DNA from: Balanoglossus misakiensis
Taxonomy: Eukaryota > Animalia > Hemichordata
Reading direction: 5' to 3'
DNA length: 64,000 nt
Assembly (NCBI GenBank): GCA_040954595.2
Contig: CM082577.2
Span: forward strand, 4,762,301-4,826,300
Under the pieces are notes generated by a model. It was given only the letters and a program-made list of their open reading frames with translations, had not been told where the DNA came from and ran no database searches. The first letter of the stretch is position 1, and every line of letters starts with the position of its first letter. The position numbers and the translations under genes are program-made. Below, in pieces: positions 1 to 10,347 of this stretch.

Positions 1-229
1 GCGGTGAAGACCATTGTTTACCTTTCTGTTTGCAAGCAAATTCTTCGCACACTTTTGAAAGGTTTGTAGAACTATCATTTATGTGGAAATCTTCCCCCGG
101 GGAATGTACTTTTCCAACACCCACATAAAGCAAGCCGTTTGCGAAATTCTGAAACTGTCAATGCGCCAACTGTGGTGTAAGAAGGACACACTGTGTTTCA
201 AATGTCACGTTGTAGCCCTCCATGCTTAC

Positions 230-3072
230 CTTGGGTTGTACTAGCGGCGTGTGTCTCAACAACAATGGTTGTAGCTGGCACAAGGGGTTCGAGTATCAAC
301 TCCAGCTGAGCCGGCGGTCCCAGTCGAGTTTGGTTGTAAACATCACTGATAACAGGTACCACCTAAAAAGACGAAAGGCGTTGAAATTGTGAACGCAAGT
401 GGGGTAAAAGTTATGGTCTGCTCCACAGTCAACGAGTCACCTTACATATTACAGCGATTATCGAGGCGACGGCGCAGATACCCCAATCTGCAGTAACACC
501 GGGAGCAATTTACGCGACGCAATTAAACAGTCATAATTTTTATGAAACTGAAATGGATTTGACACTTACCACGATCTGATATTTATCATACATGACTAAA
601 TTGGGTAGGCGTTGTTGAACAAATGCCCCTTGATCTGTTGAAAGCTATTGATAAAGAGGAAAAGATTGTGACGTATTAACGCGATAATGGAAAGTACATG
701 GTTCAAATTATTATGCGGTTAACGGTGCAATATCATCTTACTCTTGGATTTTAATCACGCGCATTGCAATTTCAAACGAATAAATTTAATACAAGACCGC
801 GAACAAGAGCAGATATACCTAGAGCTATATACATACTATAGTTATAAACTTACCGGTGTTTCCACGCTGTAGTAAATGGTTGAGTTGTCGATGAGGTTGT
901 TGAAGATGACGTAGTATTCCTCTACGATGACGTCATGTTGCACGGGACACAGCCAGGAGAGGGTCACCGCCGCTGTCACGTTGTCCTTGTTGTTGATAAC
1001 ACTGTCCACACTGAGGTTGTTTGGCGGTTCAGTGAGGGCATTGCCTGGGCATTGATAAAATTAACACAAAAATAGTCTGAGACACCTGGCGAATTGGTCA
1101 GTTGCGCGTTTTTTTCGCTCGGTCTCATTTCGCGTACATGGCGCATCCTTATATCCTTAGAAAGGGTTAATGCTTTTTGCACTTCGTATTCTAGGCTTAA
1201 AACACCAGTGTTAGACGATATCAGTACCAGAAGATTCACCAAAACGTTCATTGAGTGTTTAGTGTGTCCGTCAGCCAAACCGTTAGATTCACGTTACAAA
1301 TTATTTGCATGTATAATTATAACTAGACAAGTTTAAATGAACTTACAGGATTTTGTGCAGACTTCGCCGGAATAAAATGTACTATTGCAACCTGAAAATG
1401 GTAGTATGGAACTAACGTTATTACTGGGTTTTAGTGGTAACATCTCTCCGCCCCCCCCCCCCCCATATAAAAAGCCGCCCAGTCACGCGAGATCTCACAG
1501 AGTCTCGTGGAGTCCGGAAAATGGTCTATTAGGTCAATTACGACTGGTGACTCAACGCTTTCTTATTTTTACTGTACTGCAGCAAAATGGGCAGTTCGGA
1601 TAAATTATACTCACTCGGGGATATTTCTTCTTTGCATGTTTCCCACTGGTCAACTTCGCCGTAGTACTGTAACCCAATCTTCAAAATTCGAACAAATGAC
1701 CTGGTTACTTACATGCATACATATTGGCAGTAATTACATTGTACGCGATTAAGGGTACATCTTAATTTATTTACTGGGCCAACCTGGTTCGTCAATGTGA
1801 ATTTATCAAGTAAAATCTCGATTCGAGTTTTCCAACAAAATGGTGAAAACGAAAACAATACACAAGTATCGGTACCCGAGGGTTTTCTCATCATAAACCC
1901 CGCGTGGCCAGTTCATTTCAACGTGAATGAAGGAAGCGACTTACCCGTACATAGTATTTGGTTCCAAACAGCACGTCTTTGAAAACAGCAAAATCGGATT
2001 TCTGAAAGAAGTTCGGTTTTTTTCCATATTTAAAACAGAGATATAACGGAAAACGACGACACGTATTGAAAACCCAGTGGGAAACCGCGAAAACATTGTA
2101 TGACGTTCAGTAATTGACATCACAAAGAAAGTTAGCGTGACGTCTACTCACCGTTACAACATCTATAGTCAGTAAAGCTGTTGGCTGGGACTCTGTTTCA
2201 CATGACATCCATGTGGACATTGGATATAATGTTATCCCATCTTTCCCGCACAAAGCAGCAGTCACAAACCTGACAACAACCGCCATATCTACATGGTAGT
2301 CAAGGGGAAATGACAATTAACAAGAGATACAAAATGTGGGGGCGTATATATTCTTGGAGTAGTGGGGAATATTGTTGGGATGATGTATAGCCATTGAAGG
2401 CAGCCGTGGGAAAAGGCGATTCTTTCGATCATTTGAGCTTCAGTTACTTCTACGAATTATTGATTGGTTGGTTGGTTGGTTGGTTGGTCGGTCGGTCTGT
2501 CGGTCGAGATCCCAGTTGACAGACGAGTCTGCTTATTTTTGTTCGCGGACATATATTTTGGGTGAGCGCGACCTCGAGGACATAAAAGTGTCAGCGGTAA
2601 TAATTTCTGATTGCTGATTGATAATTCTTTGCGGCTACTTGATCCCGTTGTCCCCGATTACATTCGAACACGGAAGCGTGTAGCTGGAAAAGGTTATTTC
2701 ATTTGCTGCCAGATCCATGGCTTCGTCGCATTTTCAACATGGACGACTCACCAAAGCACTCCAAAATAAAGAATAAAAAATGAGCTGGTGTTTATAAACG
2801 CATTTTTGACAGTTGACGAGAAGCAGAATTATTTTCCGGGTCTCTAGGGACACATCCGTTTAACGTGCAAATTATGTCACTGTTGACCGTACTGTAATAA
2901 AAAGCGTGTCGATATTTCAAGAACGCTGTGCCTTTATTGAGTGTCTGTCACTCACCCGGTATGATATCGACGTTCAGGTGCCAGGTGACATTAGCGTCCA
3001 TCGTCTGGCGGTCATCTGAAGGTGCCCAGTGAACGTGAACCGAAGCGAAATCAAGGACCGGAACTTCTTGTG
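230..3072 (-). CDS. Partial multi-exon gene: extracellular region with two fibronectin type III domains and an S/T-rich stalk (probable cell-surface receptor; 5' and 3' ends not resolved)
   Basis: Phase-compatible GT-AG exons: 3072-2956, 2288-2152, 2001-1945, 1678-1615 (or 1666-1615), 1391-1347, 1044-854, 644-570, 362-230 (819 nt). They join without stops into QEVPVLDFASVHVHW...DANVTW...KDVLFGTKYYVRIG...SPSCNSTFYSGEVCTKSC...EPPNNLSV...VTLSWLCP...EEYYV...LPNLVMYDKYQIVV...PATTIVVETHAASTTQ. This shows FN3 signatures (PPxNL, LSW, Y-corner) and several N-x-S/T sequons. Donors are strong (gtaagt/gtgagt/gtaagc). Confidence 0.8.
2464..2506. repeat. (TTGG)n/(TCGG)n tetranucleotide microsatellite
   Basis: ttggttggttgg... 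grading into gtcggtcgg, intronic in the FN3 gene. Confidence 0.9.
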
Positions 3073-3151
3073 CTGAAATCATGACGTCACGTTAAACACT
3101 GATGCGTGTGAGCGACCCATTCGTCTGGGCAAGCTTGGCATTTCACTCGCC

Positions 3152-3187
3152 CACACACACACACACACTCACTCACTCACTCACTCA
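3152..3187. repeat. (CA)n followed by (CACT)n microsatellite
   Basis: Directly visible. Confidence 0.9.
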
Positions 3188-3518
3188 TCCATCTTCAGAC
3201 TAATGAAGTTTTGCCCATGGAATTTGGCCAGAGTCTACAGCACCACCGCAAACAAGGAACAACGGCATGAATTGCAACTGAACTACTTACGATCAAAGGC
3301 GAAATCGAGATCCCACAGATTATCCGACATGCCGGCAATCGGATCACTGAACAGGATAACACCGACGGCCAAACTTGACAATGTCGCAATGTATAGCGAC
3401 GTAACTTTCCGTTGTAACTTTCTGTACATTTCTCACCCTTTCTTTACTAGCATATGATGAATTCGTGTTATGTTTTTTGTGTCACACCTGAAATTAGAAA
3501 TGTCAGTCATAAGTGCGA

Positions 3519-3659
3519 AATACAATACAATACAATACAATACAATACAATACAATACAATACAATACAATACAATACAATACAATACAATACAATACAA
3601 TACAATACAATACAATACAATACAATACAATACAATACAATACAATACAATACAATACA
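3519..3659. repeat. (TACAA)n pentanucleotide microsatellite, about 28 units
   Basis: Perfect tandem array; it produces the IQYNT/CIVLY ORFs in the track. Confidence 0.98.
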
Positions 3660-5513
3660 TTTTATTATCCCGACATGGGCAATTTGTGATGCGACAATAA
3701 CAATAAAATCCACCAAAAATCACAGTCGGACACACCTTTTTAAAAGGTGCATCACAAGATTGCTAATGGTTTCTAAATTGGTTGAGTAAGGAGATGGCTG
3801 CGACGCATTGTGGGTACATTGTAGCAGTTTACACTTTGCGCTTACTTCGACTTGCCAGAAACTGTCTCTTGGAATGGGGCGTATACGCACAGCCGCGTAC
3901 GGGACGACCCTAACAACCCTTAGGGATATATAAATGAATTAGTCTTGTTGGTAGTCTTAATATTATTTTTCGAGCATCTATAGGGTTGAAAGTGTTGTAT
4001 ATACGAATGTGGCTTATCGTGACATTCACATGCGATTTGACTTTCCAGCCGACAGAAGTCCAATTCCATGCAAGTTGTGAACAGGTTACAAAAATAACAA
4101 CTCTTGGCAATCCTAACCATATAATGAGATAAACGTCGATAACGTTGCTGTACATCGGACAAATTATGGTTGGTAAATTGTCTAGAAGTACATGCATGCA
4201 CGTGTGCCATGACAACATAATCACCTGTCTACAAACGGTTTACGGTTCTGATACAAATTACCTGCAGCGTGACGAAATTCTAGAAACGGCCCCTGTCACA
4301 GTCACTGTGTTGAGTAACTGTTCCTCAGTGAAGGACCTCAGTCGGGTTACTTTCATCTGGAACGTGGTAGGTGCTCAATGCGCCCTTCCCCCGCTCGACA
4401 TACATTGCCTCACTCGTCGAACTGATGTCTCATTCTAGACATATAGTCGCCAGGTGTGACTTTGACTAATTTTTGGGGGGCGTCTGGGCCCCTTATAACC
4501 TTTATTTCTTGACCTGTGCAAACACTGTTGGGCCGGGAGCAAAACGTGCTGGCAGGACCGTTTCTATGCAATTCCCTTCAGTGAGGTTGTAAGAATTGTA
4601 ATCATTACAAATGGTTAAAACTTTACCAGGGTGATCTCCTGTTAAACCAGCATTCACATGAACTGCTGTGACGGTCCTGTATCCTAAGCTTTGGTGTCAC
4701 AAAGTTGTAAATCACACCGGGCTTCAGATAAAGAGCAGACGACGCCATGAACGCCTTATCGACAACTCTGACCTCTGTTGACCTTTCGAGGTTAACGATC
4801 GCCTCTAGACCACGATACGTAACAAAAAAGAATAAAAACGCTGTATGTTTTTGTCATTTTTAGAATTACCCAAGCATTTACTGGGAGTTGTCACTTTTGG
4901 AGTAGCGACCAAGAAAATGACGACGACGACGACGACGATGATGATATAAAGCAGGTGAGAACGAATCAGAAGTAAGTGAGATAGTTGGGATCCCACACAA
5001 ATTTCAGGGCGTTTATTGTTTAACCTTTTGACTTGCCATTTGAGAACATCGTCGTTTGTGTTCAGCTTGTATTGTCAACTTTATGAGCGATACATAAGAC
5101 CTACGCCAATTCATCTACTATAACCAGAGTATCATCCACACAGAACACTGGGCAAACGGAACTGTGGCACCAACTTAAACGTCACAGGCGTCATAATCAC
5201 AATGCCGAAAAATAAACTCAGTCATTCAAGTGATATATTTTCGTGTTTGAAACCATTTCAAAACCGAAGAATATATATATATATAGACTACAATTAAGTA
5301 ACTCACCTTTATTGAATGCACACCAGTCACACTCGTTCCCGAGACTCAACTAAATATCATCGAACTTTGAAAGTCACGTGATACTTGAGAATAAATAATG
5401 TCTTATCGAAGTGGTTTTATCAAAGCGATTGAGCAAAGTATTTTAAACGTCTACATAATTAGTCCACATACTTAAGCGTGTCAGTTTTTTGTCGAGCTAG
5501 ACTCCGTTAATAC

Positions 5514-5580
5514 TTAAAGGGAAGGGAAGGGGTCGTATGAACTGCACATGTGCGAATTTTCTGTGTACAAACACACCGTC
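5514..5580 (+). mobile_element. Decayed left end of the same TTAA-AGG (Kolobok-like) family as 12748-12999
   Basis: ttaaagg...gcacatgtgcgaattttctgtgtacaaaca resembles ttaaagg...gcgcatgtgcgtaatttcgtgtgtacaaaca at 12744-12797. No matching right TIR was found. Confidence 0.45.
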
Positions 5581-6545
5581 AGCATTGTTCCCTCTGTTTA
5601 GGGAGGCCGTGCCGACCAATACTCGTTATATCAAAGTAACTTGGAAATGTGATAAAAGTAACGACGCAATGATATAGTGAATTTAGAATTTTGTGTGAGT
5701 ACAATTGCCACTTTTCTTTAAATGACTGATATCTGCCTCTGCAATACGAACACTTATTACTTTTTGCTGACTATATAAATCAATTTATACGAGTGCAGCG
5801 TCAATTGCTAGTGTGTGAGGCGATTACGGTTTCATCCAAATGACCAATAAGTACGGACCCATATATTACCCGAAGTGATACTGTTATTTCAGTGTAGCAA
5901 AATAGTAAAACACGGAATCGACTTGTATTAACTGATTTGCATGTCTTCTGGCTGTTATATACTTTCTGTGTAATGATTGACATGTATTTTGAACATTTCC
6001 GTACACCAAGCATCCAATATATCATTTTATTCATTTCAGTATCAGCCTAGCTGTCATAAATTAAATAATGCATCGAATTCATATCTGTTTTCACTTTGAC
6101 ATCATTAATATCATTCTTACCCTATAATGTGAACACAGTCCCTCTATTACAGGGACTGTTTGTAAATGCACATTTTAGAAACCGTGAAATCTATCTATCG
6201 CCTGAACCAGCACAAAGGACTGGCGACAACAGCTGGGATATATGTCAACAATTGGACGAAAAACATGTCGTAATCGTTGACTATCATGAGAATGTCTCAT
6301 ACGATTAGAGATTTCGCCTCTGTGGAATATCAGTTTTTTACCAGGAGGGTATAAAATGTCACTGTTCAACCTCTTCTAATTTCAGCTTTAAAAGTCTTGA
6401 TATAAAAGACGTATGTCGTGTCAGTCCGTCCTTTACCCCCCCCCCCTCTCTCTCCTCCACTCTCTCTCTGTCTAGCTCTCTCGCAAAATTCCACGACACA
6501 ATCGTTTATCTTTCGTTCGCCCCATGTGAGATTCAGTAGTATTTA

Positions 6546-7358
6546 GGCTGCATTCACAAACACCTCTGGAGGGGGGGGGGCAGGAGAATTGAGGGGGGGG
6601 GATTTGAAAAAATTGAGGGTATGTAAGGGGGGGGGGATTTGAAATAATTTAGGGACTGAAAGGGGGGGACTTGAAAACTTTAACGACTAAATATTTATTT
6701 TGAGTCCACAAAAATGCAGTTTCGCGCCCTTTATTTTACAAAATTTTCTAATGTGGGAGGGGGACACCCCCTCCCACACCCACCCCCTCCATTCATCAAC
6801 ACCTTTCAATCATTGACTGGTTTATCTAGTGTCCCAGGTCAGAGGACTTGCCCCACCCCATGATAACTTTGAGCGACGACGGTTAAATTTGTCCTCCCCA
6901 ACATACCGGTAGTTGAGTTAATTTGCTTTTGCCGGGTTCATTAAAATGCAGCTTTGAGCTCTGTATTTTAGAAAATTTTCTTACATGGGAGGGGGACACC
7001 CCCTCCCAAACCCACCCCCTTCAATTCTCGGTTTACAATGTCTCCCAACACAGAATACAAATATATGTACTTAAAAAATAAAAACAATGTTCAGTTTTAA
7101 TACCCACTGATAAGGGGAAACATCAGTTTCAAATTCTTCTCATGGGAGCGCTGTTTTTCTTTTTACAAGATAGATAGGTGATGTGTTTTGCTCTGTGAAA
7201 GAAAATGGGGGGGGGGGATTTCAAAATTTTGGCAGTTCGGAAGGGGGGGATTTGAAAATATTGGCAGTTCGGAAGGGGGGCATGTGAAAATTAGCGGTAA
7301 AAAAATTGAATTCTCCCGCCCCCCCCCCCCCCCTCCAGAGGTGTTTGTGAATGCAGCC
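6546..7358. mobile_element. MITE / non-autonomous DNA transposon, PIF-Harbinger (Tourist)-like
   Basis: TIRs GGCTGCATTCACAAACACCTCTGGAG(G)n ... (C)nCTCCAGAGGTGTTTGTGAATGCAGCC, flanked by TTA on both sides (6543-6545, 7359-7361). Subterminal GGGGGGATTTGAAA repeats and two internal copies of a GGGAGGGGG-ACA-CCCCCTCCC hairpin. No transposase ORF. Confidence 0.85.
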
Positions 7359-9329
7359 TTAATCCTGCATGCGCACACTTTGATAACTCGTGGTACTATA
7401 ATTATCTTGACAAGCGCGGCTGGTGAGAAGGCTGGTTGGCTGGCCATAACATACGTTGTACTAATAGCTCGCTCTGATTGGACAACACAACCTGACCTGG
7501 CGACATCTTTCGTGGCGTATTCTTCAAGGTGGTCATGGCAAGGCCTGCGTGGATATTTTTACACAAAATAGTCATACCGAACGGCAAGACGACATAAAAG
7601 CATAGTTAGGGGTACACCTTTACCAGCAAACGTCAAAAAAGCACTGCACAGTGCATTACAGCTCAGTATACAGTTACAGCACAGTACAGTACAATAAGCA
7701 AATACAGAATGCAATTGTACGCCCAAGTTCCTCGTCGATTGCTGAACCAGTGTACAAATATTATAGTAACATCTGTCGTCTTCATAGCACCCTTACCGTT
7801 TTCCTTGCCCAAGAACGTGTGAAGCCGTCGAATATTTGCAGTGATATCCCGACGCACCGGTATTACATTACAAGTACATGTACGATGTAAACGGCGTTTT
7901 CCAGATCTTTGCAGTCCCACGTTTTCACTTGTAGTGTAAGAATGCAAGTGATGTGACATCCCGCACAGCGTAGCGCCGATGATCGACGAGTTTGCCGAAA
8001 TGATTCGTTTATATATGTTAGAGTATAAATCTAATTATGAGTGTGCGTGTGCGAGCGAGCGTGGGAGGGGCGATGTAAAATATCTATGTACGTATAAAAC
8101 CCGTTGTACCGTTTTCACCACAGGTGGAAATCACAGAGACGCCGCCATGACAGTCCGCTGTCGACCGATCTTTTTTTCGCGGGCTTTTTTTACTGTCAAT
8201 TTTACAAGATAAATTTTCAACCTGCGTAATTTTGAGAAATAATCCTAAAACTAAAACAGTGGAAAACTATGCGGATCTTCACAGGAGCATACATTATCGA
8301 TTCTGGTGTTTATGCAATATTTTGTACTTTGTGCCTTCGCAACTTCAAGTAGGGTCCCCGTGGAATGGTTATGTTTTTATTTTAGCAGGACCTTTACTGT
8401 ACTTTCACGGTCAAGATCCCAACGGGCGTATGAATTCACAAAAATTGCATTTACATGGTAATTTCTTGTCAGAATGATTTAGGAGATCACGTGGGTAGCT
8501 GGCACCCAGTTTGAACCAGCAGTTGGTGTGGTGTGTTTATGCCTCCACCCAACACAAGTTTGTCGGTAATATCATAGATAAAGACAATCAATGCACCAAC
8601 ACAGCAGAGTGTCGAATTTCTAATAGAAATTTGATTGGCTTCGGTTTTGAATGTATCTAGAAGTTTTATCTCTCCAGAGTACAGTTCTTCACTCTCTTCT
8701 GTTGACATGTCACTAACGTCACGTGAGTAATTCAACTCCTCGGTTGTATGTTCAATCCATATCCTCGAATGATGAGTTCAAGTTCATTTGGACAAACAAG
8801 AGTGTAACGTGTTCTACAAAGAAGTAACCGCGTAGGATTCTGTTCAGAGGCTGAGTGGCAAGCACTGTCTCTACTCGGGTGCTGCTAACTAAGCACCCAA
8901 TCAAATCTCTTACTGCGGTGTGACGTGGCCAATTTAGAAGACGTGCAAAATCTGTCAGGTTCAATGACGTGGACTGCGTACCTTGCTTTTTACATGACAC
9001 AGTCAAACAGACCCCGAGTAACTGACCAGTCCATTTGGATTTGTACCCTAAGGCGCCCTCACTCATGTGTGCAATAAGTTGGCGTATCACGTTTAAGCAC
9101 ACTTTCTGAATATAGTCATCGCGTGCATTACCGAACTACTGGCAATCCAGACATTTAAAGGGCGGGCGTCGTCCCGTCTGCGGGTATGGGCCCCATATGA
9201 CACAGTTGTTGGCAAGTCAAAGTTGGTGTTACATTGTTCTACACTGTATATAATGACCTCCCACTTTAATACTGACCCAATCGCAGGCATCAAGAAGACG
9301 TTTTTTTTCTAAACTTTTTGAAAACGCAC

Positions 9330-9335
9330 TTTATT
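9330..9335 (-). terminator. Putative polyadenylation signal (AATAAA) of the NKPD1-like gene
   Basis: First canonical AATAAA I found on the minus strand downstream of the stop at 10348. Confidence 0.45.
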
Positions 9336-9727
9336 CACGCCAGCATCAAAGATTTTCAAGAGAAAGTTACAAAAATAAATGTCTAGCTTGAATAAACTTT
9401 GAGGTTCGAGTACAAAAATAATCTGAACACGTGCATGAGTATTTAAAAATACAATCACTGCAAAATAATTGAAAGAATTAAATAGGCTAGAAGGAAACTG
9501 ACCATTAATTCCGAAAAAAATGGATTCATTGTATATATGGAAAACGTCAGCCTGTTTTGTCTTGGTTTGATATTCTTTGTGCTACCTTCACAAATTGTCT
9601 ATGAAACCGTACTTTGTTTTCCTGTATTCTATCTTGAATATATAACAAAAAATAAGCCTTACTTCACATTATTGTCGCTATTAACATTGAATTTTAACAC
9701 GAAGTTAAAAGTGACTATTTGAATATA

Positions 9728-10125
9728 CTACCGTTGTCATTTAAGCACCCCGAAACACTGATAAGAACTCCAATATAATTAGCCAGAGTAAACTGAGATT
9801 TTTATGCTGAAGTCCGCATATGGTTACATTTGCAATGATCATTATGACTGATTACATAGCTCTGTATCAACATGTACCACAGGGGGCATCCTGCTTCAAA
9901 ACTGACACTGTGTAAAATCTCTTTACAAATGTGTACACATGTGTTTTAGACATGTTCGAAGCAGGACACCCCCAGAGTGTGTTGATACAGAACTGCTCTA
10001 ATCAGTTCTAATGATCAAAACGAACGTAACCAGATGCCGACTTCAGCGTAGCAATCTCAGTTTACTCTGGCTAATTATATTGGAGTTCTTATCAGTGTTT
10101 CGGGGTGCTTAAATGACACCGGTAG
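9728..10125. mobile_element. Foldback MITE with long TIRs and TA target duplication (Tc1/mariner-like)
   Basis: CTACCG(T/G)TGTCATTTAAGCACCCCGAAACACTGATAAGAACTCCAATATAATTAGCCAGAGTAAACTGAGATT is mirrored near-perfectly for about 70 bp and degenerately to about 170 bp. TA flanks both ends (9726-9727, 10126-10127). Confidence 0.85.
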
Positions 10126-10347
10126 TACATGTACATCTAATTGGATCGAGGAAACTCGGTGTTGTTACTGGGTTGGTTGTGGTGTTGCCGCTGAGAGGCA
10201 AATTTGATGAATATCGGTTTGTTCTAGCTTTGGATAAGAGTTGTCAGATGGCTTGCCAGTCTTTATACTGTTGATAGGCTTTCGTGCAACTTGCTTGCAG
10301 CTTACACGCTGTGGTCACGGTGTTGGGGCTCCTGACAGGATATGATG

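Noticed and set aside
22-148. Minus-strand segment with a faint WSC-like look (LYVG...CEEFACKQKG)
   Set aside because: Its open frame is phase-incompatible with the preceding exon, the compatible frame hits TGA, and the motif would need frameshifts.
286-292. GGTTCGA tRNA T-loop / B-box-like motif
   Set aside because: No cloverleaf or A-box; it lies within a minus-strand coding exon.
1713-1783. Cys-rich candidate exon VGPVNKLRCTLNRVQCNYCQYVC
   Set aside because: Its donor is phase 2 with no compatible downstream exon, and it would need an intron under 55 nt. The gene reads in frame without it.
3433-3789. ORFs with IQYNT/CIVLY repeats
   Set aside because: Translation artefacts of the (TACAA)n microsatellite.
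8487-9293. Three consecutive minus-strand ORFs that might be a decayed TE or gene
   Set aside because: No recognisable motif, splice chain or termini; cannot be supported without a search.
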